Source: Eledone cirrhosa
Lineage: Eukaryota
Length of the DNA: 64,000 bases
Direction of reading: 5' to 3'
Assembly: GCA_964016885.1 (NCBI GenBank)
Contig: OZ024740.1
Span: 300,018,001 to 300,082,000 of the forward strand
Shown here: one piece after another, positions 12,893 to 25,087 of the stretch
Numbering within the stretch: the stretch's first letter is position 1
Layout of the letters: each line of letters starts with the position of its first letter
Notes under the pieces: model-generated
Told to the model about the DNA's origin: nothing
Database searches by the model: none
What the model saw: only the letters and a program-made list of their open reading frames with translations
Position numbers and translations under genes: made by a program

Positions 12893-14307
12893 TTGTGTAT
12901 ATATATATATATACTCGAATTTTCTCTTCTCTACAGCGTAGAGTAGATAGCAGACACTGAAGAAATATATTGTTCTATTTCTATTGCATTTCAAGACAGA
13001 ATTCTGAGGCGCCCAATATCTCTTTTGCATCTTTCGCGTTTCCACATTTGCAAAAGCGGTGTTTACGGATAAATAACACTATTCACACGTTGTTAGTAGC
13101 GTCCCCTCCTCTTGGCAACGATTTATATCAGGAGCCAAGTGGTCTGAGAAATGTCGGCAATCAAATGTAGCATTTCCCTTTAAAATTAACTTTTACATTT
13201 ATGAAATTAGGATAATATCTTTTCCCTAAACATTATTTTGTTCTTTTCTTGTTATTTTCGATTCCGTGAAAAGGCAGTCACTAAATTCCTTCTCACCTGT
13301 ATAATTGAAAATGTTGTCATTATAGATTCAGAGAAGAAATCCAATTCTTTACTTCATGCGAAATCATTGTATCATTTTTCAAGATTGCTATCGCTATTGT
13401 TTCTTCTGCTAATTGAAAAGTAACGTTTTATCATTTCTTACTTCAAATGGCATATTCTGATGTCCTTTTTGGTTTATATTTCAACAAGTTTATATTAAAA
13501 AAAGTGGCTCATATTCCACTTAAATAGTTTTATCATAAAAGCAAAATTATCTGCACGTTTTATAGCAGGCAGACATTTACTTTGAAACAAATGGAAAGTT
13601 CATAAGATATGAAAATAAGTCTCTATTTAGCTTTTTTAACTCTGTCATTAATGTGATGAGACATAACTGAAGAACAGTGGATGATAGTAAAATAAGTTGT
13701 TTGCATTAGTTTGAGTTCTTTACCCTTTCTGATTTTAGTGGAAAACACATCATAAATAGATGGAAGTCTGGAAAACTTTACCTACTTCATTTACAAAGCG
13801 TTACTCTATAATCTGTGTAAACAAATATATCGATATAAAAAAAGAACACTTGCATATCCCATGTGCAAGTATTTGTTTTTGTTTCCTTAATCAATGTTTC
13901 ATCTGCTACAACATTTGAAATATTTTTACCGTTTCTCATAAAACCACAAATTAAATTTTACATTAGTTTGGGAGGGAATTCATACTAATAGACAAAAAGA
14001 AAAAGTATTCATATAAAACTAGATGCCTTTTAAACGGAAAAAATGAAACGAAATTTCATTTCCCACTCTTAGTACGACTGTTAGTTAAATATAAGTATGT
14101 ATACGTACATACATATATGTATACAGACGTACAGTAGTATGTATATATATATATATATACATACATGCACACATATATATATATGTACGTATGGATTCAC
14201 CGAACATTTATTATAATGCTCGGTGTGTTTGTAAACAAACATCCCGTATTAAGCCGTAGTGTCTAGCAACCATCGTTGCGCGTTTGTTCAACACTGACAA
14301 AGGAACG

Positions 14308-14344
14308 CTGTACTAGTTTCAAACTTATTAGCTATCGTCAGCAA
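14308..14344 (-). ncRNA. Type I minimal hammerhead ribozyme (437-bp family)
   Basis: Minus strand: ttg-CTGACGA-tagct(aata)agttt-GAAA-ctag-TA-cag. Confidence 0.75.
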
Positions 14345-14575
14345 CCTATACCTTCCTGCCAGTATGATTGAACGTCTGAAAGTAGATACTTTCCTTATGC
14401 ATATTATCGCCTGAGCAGCCTAATTTGCATATCGAGTGGTTAAATCGGCCGGATGCACCGAAAACGATAAACGGAAAAATGAAACGAAATTTCATTTCCC
14501 ACTCTTAGTACGGCTGTTACTTAAATATAAGTATGTATACGTACATACATATATATATATACAGACGTACAGTAG

Positions 14576-14610
<35 letters not shown>

Positions 14611-14613
<3 letters not shown>

Positions 14614-15220
14614 AGGTCACCACTTGGTGCTACTGGTAACATGTATCCCAGTACAACCTGTTTCATGGTCGGGTCGTTGGCGACTAAACTGGCAACCCCA
14701 CCAAGGTTTCTTGGTGAGGAGGGTGACTTTGGACATCCTGCAGGACTAAAAACAAAACCTGTCAAAGGGCAAAGGAGCTCTTAAGAGTCAATGGCCATCC
14801 AAAATCACTGGGAGAGATGACCCCTTAGCCTTTGTCAAGGCAGAATTCTAGGAGAAGGAAAACTCTGATATAACACCTGCAACCCTGATGGTATCCAATG
14901 ATGTTGACTTGTTCTTCTTTTTGGTAAATATCATCTTGGTTAAGAGAGTGGGACTGGCTTTGTGCAGTGCCTTTGCTCACTATAAAAGCTTCACGGCACA
15001 GGCATTGCTTTATATCTGGAGATCTCTCTGCACTTGCCGTCACATGGTACCATGGGCCCAGCACTATGTGTCAATAATTGTCACAAGTGTAGTGTTTGTA
15101 CCAGAGTTTTCAAGTCGCTGGCTGGACTAAAAAGTCACACTCGTTCAGCGCATCGGTAGGGGTTCTCCTACATGGATATATAGTAGTGGCCGTACTCGAA
15201 AACGAGTTGGCAGCCACCAT
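14611..15220 (+). mobile_element. Bipartite RTE-derived non-autonomous retroelement (~610 bp), copy 1
   Basis: The 5' part resembles an RTE 5' UTR (ggagaaggaaaactctga); the 3' part encodes a C2H2 remnant CSVCTRVFKSLAGLKSHTRSAHR* typical of the RTE ORF2 C-terminus; near-identical copies at 19078-19597 and 30022-30632; sits in a (TA)n tract. Confidence 0.75.
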
Positions 15221-15379
15221 ATATATATATACGTACATGCACACATATATATATGTACGTATTGTATGTACGTATACATACTTATATTTAAGTAACAGCC
15301 GTACTAAGAGTGGGAAATGAAATTTCGTTTCATTTTTTCCGTTTATCGTTTTCGGTTTCGGCCGGTTAACCCACTCGAT

Positions 15380-15387
15380 ATGCAAAT
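15380..15387 (+). promoter_or_regulatory. Octamer motif ATGCAAAT conserved in the 437-bp family
   Basis: Also at 14423-14430 (-), 16447, 16879, 38621 and 49068; 88-89 nt upstream of the hammerhead core wherever a core follows; function inferred only. Confidence 0.45.
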
Positions 15388-15464
15388 TAGGCTGCTCAGG
15401 CGTTAATATGCATAAGGTAAGTATATACTTTCAGACGTTCAATCATCTGGAAGGAAGGTATACT

Positions 15465-15501
15465 CTGCTGACGATAGCTAATAAGCTTGAAACTAGTACA
15501 G
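15465..15501 (+). ncRNA. Type I minimal hammerhead ribozyme (437-bp family)
   Basis: ctg-CTGACGA-tagct(aata)agctt-GAAA-ctag-TA-cag. Confidence 0.82.
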
Positions 15502-15794
15502 CGTTCCGTTGTCAGTGTTGAACAAACGAGCAACGATGGTTGCTAGACACTACGGCTTAATACGGGATGTTTGTTTACAAACACACCGAACATTATAATA
15601 AATGTTCGGTGAATCCATACGTACATATATATATGTGTGCATGTATATATATATATATACATACTACTGTACGTCTGTATACATATATGTATGTACGTAT
15701 ACATACTTATATTAGATGCCTTTTAATATAATAAAACATTAGCACTATTTTTACGATTGAGATAGTCGACACTCTTATTGTTTTCATTATAAGA

Positions 15795-15965
15795 GACAGC
15801 TGTAGGTGGTGGATTGGCAGTAACGTTAGAGCTTCAAACAACAAGGTTTGTGGCATATAGACACGGCCCTTTACTCTCTGAGTTAAAATCCCTTCGAGGT
15901 TAGCTGTGCCTTTCATCATTACGAGGTCGATAGAATGTAACGCACACAGGTCGATTTAATCGACT
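15795..15965 (+). mobile_element. Diverged tRNA-derived SINE
   Basis: gagttaaaatcccttcgaggttagctgtgcctttcatcattacgaggtcgata. Confidence 0.6.
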
Positions 15966-16161
15966 CTCCCCAAAACAAAATAAATTGTTGCCCTTGGAAC
16001 AATGAGAGACAGCTGTAAGTACAACAGCTCTACGTGATTATGAATAAAGTCTAATAATGAGGATTATGGAAGATTTAAAGGAAAATGCGAAACACACGGA
16101 ACAGGTCGATACACAACAAAAAATAAGAAAACCCTAAATAGATGTAAACGAATCATCATCG

Positions 16162-16246
<85 letters not shown>

Positions 16247-16248
<2 letters not shown>

Positions 16249-16940
16249 GGAAAAAATGAAACAAAATCTCATTTCTCACTCTTAATACGGCTGTTACTTA
16301 AATATAAGTATGTATACGTACATACATATATGTATACAGACGTACAGTAGTATGTATATATATATAGATACATACCCATATATATATATATGTACGTATG
16401 GATTTACCGAGCAATTCGGTGCGCCCGGCCGATTAACTCACCCGATATGCAAATTAGGCTGCTCAGCCGTTAATATGCATAAGGAAAGTATATACTTTCA
16501 GACGTTCAATCATCTGGAAGGAAGGTATACAGTGCTGAGAATTATTAATAAGCTTGAAACTAGTACATCGTTCCTTTGTCAGTGTTGAACAAAAGGGCAA
16601 TGATGGTTGCTAAACACTGTACGGCTTAATTCGGGATGTTTGTTTACAGACAAACCGAGCATTATAATAAATGCTCGGTAAATCTGTAGGTACATATATA
16701 TATGTGTGTATGTATGTATGTATATATATACATACTACTGTACGTCTGTATACATATATGTATGTACGTATACATACTTATATTTATGTAACAGCCTTAC
16801 TAAGAGTGAGAAATGGAATTTCGTTTCATTTTTTCCATTTATCGTTTTCGGTGCGCCCCGCCGATTAACTCACTCCATATGCAAATTAGGCTGCTCAGCC
16901 GTTAATATGCATAATTAGGCTGCTCAGCCGTTAATATGCA
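16247..16940. repeat. 437-bp family locus: short inverted piece (16247-16412) plus ~1.2 direct units; degenerate hammerhead at 16532-16568
   Basis: atgcaaattaggctgctcagcc at 16447 and 16879 (432-bp period); core mutated to CTGAGAA. Confidence 0.8.
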
Positions 16941-17435
16941 TCTGAAGCCAACTATCATGTTTTCGTCGATATCATATTGCTAATATAAGGATGTCTTATA
17001 TTGTAACAGAATCTCAACGACACCGAGGACAAGTATATTCATTTAACTGGCTACAATACTTGCCCTATATTTAATTCACCCAAACCTAAACATCAAACAC
17101 AATTTGGATACTGGCAAGATCTCAACTACTCAGAATGTAAAAGAACGCTATAAAATAAATCGCGCAGTTTGCCGTAAAAGTTTTGGCGATGCGCCTAATT
17201 CAATGACAAAAAAATTACGGAAAATGTAAATACAGTATGACATAAAATGATTGGGACCGTATATAATTTAATGACGAAATATTTTTGAGTGAAATAACTT
17301 TAGTAAAGCTATCACACAACGTAGAATATTAGAGATGTTTTAAATTAACTAGAATCATGGATTTGATAGGCTATATGAGCGTTTGAAATATTCGAAAATG
17401 ACACCAGCTATTTCATAAAGAGGAAAACGTGGCTC

Positions 17436-17492
<57 letters not shown>

Positions 17493-17609
17493 CAATTCGG
17501 GACCCTGACGGCAGAGTTCCCGCCGTGTTAACATTTTAACAGCTACTACTTCAAGTATCGAGTATTCTGGTGAGTAATGGTCTAACTGGTTGTTACTGCC
17601 TCCATATAA

Positions 17610-17699
<90 letters not shown>

Positions 17700-17887
17700 G
17701 GTTTGTTGGTTCACCACTGGATAGAACTGGTCATTCTGTATAGTCAATCTCGATGTCATATTATGGAGAGCACTCAACATAATGCAACTCACCTGTCTTC
17801 GTTTGTGTTGTTGGTGGTGCGAGTACGGAGTTAATTATTATAAAATAACAGGAGGCTGGACTGGTGTAATTCCTTAAAAGTTTTATT

Positions 17888-17945
17888 ATACTATGATCAT
17901 TTCAATGACCGGGTTCAGTATGAATCCGGTGACATCATCAGGTAT
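17888..17945 (-). ncRNA. Type I minimal hammerhead ribozyme
   Basis: Minus strand: atac-CTGATGA-tgtcaccggattca(tac)tgaacccggtcatt-GAAA-tgatca-TA-gtat. Confidence 0.8.
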
Positions 17946-18070
17946 TCGAAATATAACAAAGGACTTCAAGGCGGCTGACCGGGATAGAAGCTGCTAAAAT
18001 TTCGGTAGCCCTCATGTCTGCTTTTCAGCCCCATGAAATTTGTTTATTATATTTCTTTGTTATATTTCGA

Positions 18071-18128
18071 ATACCTGATGATGTCACAGGATTCATACTG
18101 AACCCGGTCATTGAAATGATCATAGTAT
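18071..18128 (+). ncRNA. Type I minimal hammerhead ribozyme
   Basis: atac-CTGATGA-...-GAAA-tgatca-TA-gtat; palindromic stem III. Confidence 0.8.
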
Positions 18129-18185
18129 AATAAACCTTTTAAATAATTACACTAGTCCAGCCTTCTGTTATTTTATAATATATAT

Positions 18186-18474
18186 ATTGTTATACTTGGG
18201 GAGTGTCATATTTGTGTAATATTGCCAGCATTAATAACAGAACACACTCACTGTTTGGTTGGTTTTCGCTTTTCGCTTCTGTGTCTTTTATATCGGTAAT
18301 CTAATTTATTCGGTCCTCAATGTTGCCATTGACTGACCATCGGTCAAAACTAATACAGATACAATATAGACACAAACACATATATACAGTTTATAAAAGG
18401 TCTTTCGTTGCACATCTGCAACATCGTCAGTGGTGCTATTGTTTCCTCCCGTTACATTGTATTTTCTACGCCAT

Positions 18475-18480
<6 letters not shown>
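18186..18480 (-). mobile_element. Solo terminal-repeat fragment of the PLE family at 49519-54310, with hammerhead-like core (18393-18434)
   Basis: Closely matches 49519-49800 and the reverse complement of 54030-54310. Confidence 0.8.
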
Positions 18481-18525
<45 letters not shown>

Positions 18526-18570
18526 GTGACGAAACATAAGTCAATTGCATGAACTCATAATCCTTTATTT

Positions 18571-18626
18571 ACTGCTATATATATTTCGATGATAGCCATT
18601 AAATGGCTATGACCTCATCAGGCAGT
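18571..18626 (-). ncRNA. Type I minimal hammerhead ribozyme (separate family)
   Basis: Minus strand: actgc-CTGATGA-ggtcatagccat(tta)atggctatcatc-GAAA-tatata-TA-gcagt; perfect 5-bp stem I. Confidence 0.83.
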
Positions 18627-18691
18627 TAGTCAGTTCTTAAATATGCCAGCTTTGTGTGTATAGTGTTGATGGTACCATAGCCTTGGGACAC

Positions 18692-18779
<88 letters not shown>

Positions 18780-18781
<2 letters not shown>

Positions 18782-19079
18782 TAAAATAACAGATTAAAGT
18801 TTAAGCAAAGAATCGCTACTTTCACCCTTAACGGGATCTTCTGAAACTAACAAAGTCAATCTGTAAATGCAGACTGGATATTTCAAAAAACGTTGCAACC
18901 GGAGGAAGCCAGGAAGACGATACTTTGGTTCGTGAAAACGTTCGCTGGCTAAGAACGGGACAAAAACGAATATTATACGTCATTAATAGGATCGGTGAAA
19001 AACAATTACGCGCAAAGTATCGTCTTCCTGTCTTCCTCCGGTTGCAACGTTTTTTGAAATATCCAGTTCTGCATTTACA
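18780..19079. repeat. Dispersed repeat with internal inverted arms (~18862-18927 / 19014-19079); related copy at 39085-39205
   Basis: tgtaaatgcaga..gacgatactttg pairs with caaagtatcgtc..tctgcatttaca; 18780-18897 matches the reverse complement of 39087-39204. Confidence 0.7.
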
Positions 19080-19597
19080 TGTATCCCAGTACAACCTGTC
19101 TCATGGTCGGGTCGTTGGCGACTAAACTGGCAACCCCACCAAGGTTTCTTGGTGAGGAGGGTGACTTTGGACATCCTGCAGGACTAAAAACAAAACCTGT
19201 CAAAGGGCAAAGGAGCTCTTAAGAGTCAATGGCCAGCCAAAATCAGCGGGAGAGATGACCCCTTAGCCTTTGTCAAGGCAGAATTCTAGGAGAAGGAAAA
19301 CTCTGATATAACACCTGCAACCCTGATGGTATCCAATGATGTGTTGACTTGTTTTTCTTTTTGGTAAATATCATCTTGGTTAAGAGAGTGGGACTGGCTT
19401 TGTGCAGTGCCTTTGCTCACTATAAAAGCTTCACGGCACAGGCATTGCTTTATATCTGGAGATCTCTCTGCACTTGTCGTTACATGGTGCCATGGGCCCA
19501 GCACTATGTGTCAATAATTGTCACAAGTGTAGTGTTTGTACCAGAGTTTTCAAGTCGCTGGCTGGACTAAAAAGTCACACTCGTTCAGCGCATCGGT
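19078..19597 (+). mobile_element. Bipartite RTE-derived element, copy 2 (truncated at both ends)
   Basis: Near-identical to 14640-15157. Confidence 0.8.
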
Positions 19598-20039
19598 ATA
19601 CTCATTTATGTAACTACAAGCAATCATGTGCCTTCTCACTTAAACGTCTTATCGTCCTCTTAACTTTATAGGTGATGAGTTCGCTTGTGAATTCAAACTT
19701 ATTTTTCTATGCAAAATCATATTAAAAATTGTATTAACTGCAAGTTTTATTCTTTTCGTTTCTTTTATTTTTGGACGGCGAAGAGTAAGATTCAAGATTT
19801 TCATTTTGCATCTAAATTTTATATTTATCGATTACATATAAGTTTATACACATAGATGCAGATGTTAATGGTTTCTGATGTTGTCTTTGTTAGATCAATA
19901 TAATTTATTGAAAGAAAAAATATATATCATGTAAATATTCATATTATTAGATAATCTTATTTTCAAATCTGTAATGGTTAAGCCCCGTTGTTTAACTACA
20001 GATTTGGGTTACACAACAACGCTAAATATATACTTATAA

Positions 20040-20348
20040 AGATAATACGGACATGTGGTGAGAGTGTCTCAGAAAGAATCGCTGGACAGATCTTACGGGC
20101 AAAGCCAACCGGTAGGAGACCCAGGGGTAGATCTCGAGCAAGATGATTGGATAATATCCATAAACCCTGGCTGGTTTCGCTTTGTTATCATGCCGGATCC
20201 ATTGGAAACGGTTGCTTCTGATAGAACCTGCAGGAAGGAGTGTTTGAGGACACTGACCCCAAACTCCACGAAGAAGAAGAAGAAGAAGAAGAAGAAGAAG
20301 AAGAAGAAGAAGAAGAAGAAGAAGAAGAAGAAGAAGAAGAAGAAAAAG
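20040..20348 (+). mobile_element. Short RTE-related retroelement with (GAA)n tail
   Basis: 3' motif gaaggagtgtttg...ccc...gaagaa shared with 21578-21625 and 63949-64000. Confidence 0.45.
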
Positions 20349-21359
20349 AACTTGATACACTCGGGTTGATACAGAAAATAGTTTAAATACCTCGCTACTA
20401 GTGGTTGTGAGCGTGAGAGAGAGCGAGAGAGAGAGAGGGAGGGAGGGAGAGAGAGAGAGATAGAGAGGGGGAGAGGGAAAGAGAGAGAGAGAGAGAGAAG
20501 TATAGTGAAAAAACGAGAGAGATTTTACAAATTTTTCATGAACTATAATGTGCTACCTAATGAACTGCAATATCTTACTACCAAACGATTAATCACAAAA
20601 ATGAAGCAAGTCTTTATGCGGTAGCACGATCTTTTAAAAATAGCATGAAATTCTTTTTAAGATCAAACAAATTGCCGTATTACATATAGAAAGGGTCACT
20701 AGAGAGTTTAGTCATTGATAAACAAAAGTAGAGGATAGTGATGACTGGAATGCTTTTATTCAAGTCATTTCTCGTATCTGACAACAACAAAAGCCAGGCG
20801 GAGATGAGGTTAATAATAACTGCATCAGATTGCCTGCCACACTTAGAAGAACGCCAAGCATTGACAATCACCACAGTACATAGGATTATGGGAAAACTTC
20901 CATTAAAATTTAAAATGCGAAAACAGCTTTTCTGATGATTGCCTTTAACTAGAATGAAACTTTGACATTCCAAATGTTTTGTACGAGCTAAAATTAAATT
21001 GTGTTTGTTAATTGTTATAGAATATCATTAAGGCTTTGTAGAGTTAGCTGGCGAGTAATGATATAACCCAATATTTTCGTAAGTTAATCTATTTCTGACA
21101 CCCAAAATGTGACAAAACGGTCAGACGTTAAGCCAAACGTAATGTTTCTATACTGAGTAGCTAATAATTAATTATAATTAGCTTCAAATCTGAATTATTT
21201 GTCAGCTAATTAATATTTATTGTATAAAAGAAAGAAAACTCTAAAGACAACCTTTCGTTACTTTTCAAATTTACATTTAGTGTGGACTCAAGCTGCTACA
21301 GATAAATAGGGACATCATAAAACTTTACTACCACATGCAAACGTGATTAGTCAAAGAGC

Positions 21360-21619
21360 AGAACAAAACGATATTTACTTTCGCAAGTCTTTCATTGATT
21401 TGGACTGGTGGAAATTATGGTGGTTAGAATGTCTCAAGCACGAATCCCTAGACAGATTTTACCAACCGGCAATTGTCCCAGATATAGAGCCCGAGTAAGA
21501 TGGTTGGGTAACATACACGAGCTTGGCTGGTATCGCTTGGGGCTTCAGCCGGATAAGTTGGAACGGTTTCTGCTAACGGGAAGGAGTGTTTGGTGACTCT
21601 GCCCCCACGGCTCTATCGG

Positions 21620-21698
<79 letters not shown>

Positions 21699-21700
21699 GG
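21360..21700 (+). mobile_element. Degraded RTE LINE 3' end with (TAA)n(GAA)n tail
   Basis: Translation VVRMSQARIPRQIL...R.RVRW resembles the RTE ORF2 C-terminal GHV.RM...R.P/RPR.RW region. Confidence 0.55.
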
Positions 21701-23559
21701 GAGGGGTGAGGATGATGAGAAGTTGGAGGAGGAGGAAAACGTGTAATTTCAGGACACTCAAACGAGTGGCATTCGTTCAAGTGTTAACTATTTATATAGC
21801 AGCAAAACAACCTCCAGTTTTGCGGCACTACACAACTGAGGCTGAGAGGTGGAGTATTAATAGTTGCTATGGACTGAAAAACGTACTGGATCTGTAGAGA
21901 AATACCGTTATTTGTGTTGGAGTAGTCTTGAATCGTGGTATAGTCGTTAGGACCGATTTTCAGCAATGGTAAATGCTTGCACTTGTATTGCAGCAGTTAT
22001 TAGCTTCAGGGTTATAGTTGCATGCTTTCATGTGAAAATGGAATATAGTATACAGGGACGTGGACCAATTAAAGAAAATATCGTTAAAATTGCAGGATAT
22101 GTTTCCGGAATATGTTGATCGACTGCAGATTTACCAAAACACAGGGCACGTATTTGTCATATCTTTGATTAGATATATTAAGGCAGCCTGCAATAGAATG
22201 TTTTACTCTGACACACGTATATCACCCTTCTTTCACATTATACTCTGACATGCGCATTATTCATATATATGCTGAACCCACTATCTCAAGTATGTCCTAC
22301 CTATGTGTACATTGACTTCAACATCATTAGAATGAGACATGAATATCCTTAAATTCAATTGTTATCTATTTCAAATCATCAACCTCATACAGTTATACGT
22401 ACTTTCTGCGAAAGCATCACAGAATTAACGCTCTGCAGATTGCCACAAGGGTTAGGTAACACAGTCTATGATTCTTTCAAGACCGAATACATGTGAAATA
22501 AAACTAAGCCTACATATTCTTCAATGAGAGATTATAGTGTCAAATCTTCGTGGCTTGTTGCAACCGCAGAATTCCTAAGCTCTGGACAGTTAATGATGTT
22601 GTTTAAAGCTTAACAAAGAACCGTAAAAAAATACTGTTTACTTATTTGAAATAGTGTTGCTGCATCCAGAAACGTCTCAGAGCACATAGAAATGATTCCA
22701 CAAAACACTTTAGAATTTGGCTCCCAAACACCAAATTTCCTTTCACTGTGAAGTCTACCAGTCGTTCACTGATTTGCAATTCCGCATTCTAAAATCCTCC
22801 TAGTCTAGACATTGTTTGGATCTCAACTGTTGTTGTTTGCCCTAAATGTGTTAACTGCAGAATGTTGAATACAAATTCGAATCATATCACTATAACAATC
22901 GGACGTTTGCGGTTGTACCATTGGCAGTGGAGACTCCTGTTGTCCTCGGCCTTAGGGCTACGTCCCTACTCACCACCATAGGTGCTGAGCGGGCCAGCCG
23001 CAGGTGTGAGCCCCGCGAGTGGAGTCGCTTTTCCAGCGCGTCTCCATTGCCGTCCTTGGGGGAAACGCCTTCTCCATTCTGTCCGCCGGGGCTGTGGGGA
23101 GACAAGCCGATTATATTACAAATTCTGTTGAATAGTCCTATATATTGTGTAGTCACCTACTTTTATATAGCTGTCATAGTTGTTGTCAGAATGAGCCTTT
23201 CTATCGAGTCTGTACCATCCTGATAGACTCACACTGTCATTGATCACCAATTAATTAAAAGCAAATCAATATCTGATAATACATTTATGGGTCTCATATA
23301 AATTCCTGTCTTTTCAGTGTGATAAAATGTGTTACGCAGCAACCTGAATATATACTACAACTCTATAATTTGTTGCAGCTTCTCTCACCAATTCGTAAAC
23401 TTTTACGGGATTGAAGTATCATACAAACCCCACTAAAATAACACAACACCCTATATATTACTAAACAATAAAGGACCGATCATTAGATTACGTAGGTCTC
23501 TCTCTATATATATGTATATATATATATATATATACGCACACACACACACACATATATAT

Positions 23560-23615
<56 letters not shown>

Positions 23616-23742
23616 TATATATATATATTATATATATATACACACACATATATATATATTTGCTCTACGGTTCTTGTATATTTGATATATATTTATCCTT
23701 ATCGAGTCCTCTTTGGATTTTAGTCTTCAAATTTATTATTAT

Positions 23743-23786
<44 letters not shown>

Positions 23787-24707
23787 CTATGGGTAATATA
23801 CGTGTTGGTCGCCATTACTACAACTGTTATCAAAAATATTTCATCAATTCTGAGAAAGGTATGAAAAGTATGACAACAAATATTTGCTGCAAAAACGTAA
23901 AAGCAAATATATGATGGATATGATATCTCAAATATATGATATATTAATAAACAATAGGATCCGAGGAAACTAATGTTGGATATTCACCGACGAAGTATAT
24001 TGACTCAAACATTTTTCTGCTTACACGAAATTAATTAATACTTTTGAATTTTTCATGATCTTTCTATGTCATGAATATAATAGCATACGATGTCACGTCG
24101 GATATGGAGTCGCAGCTGATAAGAAAGCTATTAATATTATATTCTCTACTAATAATTACTTCATCAACTTATGTTGTGTCCTGTGTAATCTTCTAAATAA
24201 ATAGTTTACTATTATGAATTATTGTGGTAGAGAAACTTATTTCCATACGTTTATGTGTATTCACTATTACATAAAACACACTAGGCTACAAATTGCATTA
24301 CCAATACGTTTTGAAGCTATGTAGATATTGCGAAACTAATAAATCGTGAAATATACACTAGATATGTTTATATATTTTAAGTTCCAATACTTCCCACTCA
24401 CTCTTTCATATACACGCATACATTTTATAACAACACCCAAGATCCCGTGATTAACTATTTGAGACATATATTTGGAAAGTGGCAATTTGATTATATGCTC
24501 TAATACCATCCAGCCTACTCCCCTTTATCATACTCTATTGACTAGATATATCCACACTCTAATCAACGATATGTCAACAACAGTCTATAGTTATCTACCT
24601 ATATGAATGTGTGTATGTGCGTGCGTGTGCCTGTATGTGCACTTATATAGAGATGTATTGGCCAACACCGATGCCCTATGTCTCTATTTATTTGTGGACA
24701 ATAGAAC

Positions 24708-24769
<62 letters not shown>

Positions 24770-24908
24770 TTAAGTATATTTACTTTTGTCTCTCTCACCG
24801 GGGCAGAAAAATAATGACAAAATAAAAGCAGTAATACCAATGGAATTTTGAAATTAGATAGGTTGATAGGTGTATTGTACAATGTAATGATAATTCACTG
24901 TAATTCAC

Positions 24909-24998
<90 letters not shown>

Positions 24999-25087
24999 GA
25001 ATTTTCAATTTCTGCTTGACCGGCAACTGCTCTGTATAATCAGTTCCTGATTATTTACTAGAATTCTATAAGAACCAAACATCCATG

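Larger units (their letters stand above)
14034..15712. mobile_element. Retrozyme-like ~437-bp-unit element inserted as an inverted pair with a 14-bp TSD
   Basis: Minus copy ~14034-14610 (unit start repeats at 14031 and 14468), plus copy ~15225-15712; TAGATGCCTTTTAA at 14020-14033 and 15713-15726. Confidence 0.8.
17836..18180. repeat. Fold-back element with ~125-bp inverted arms, each holding a hammerhead
   Basis: 17836-17961 is the reverse complement of 18055-18180. Confidence 0.85.

Noticed and set aside
15065-15160. C2H2 zinc-finger host gene exon
   Set aside because: It is a single finger inside a three-copy retroelement and matches an RTE ORF2 C-terminus
18815-18850. Hammerhead-like cagaaga-tcccgttaagggt-gaaa (also at ~39140)
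   Set aside because: The core is mutated in both copies and there is no NUH triplet or stem I
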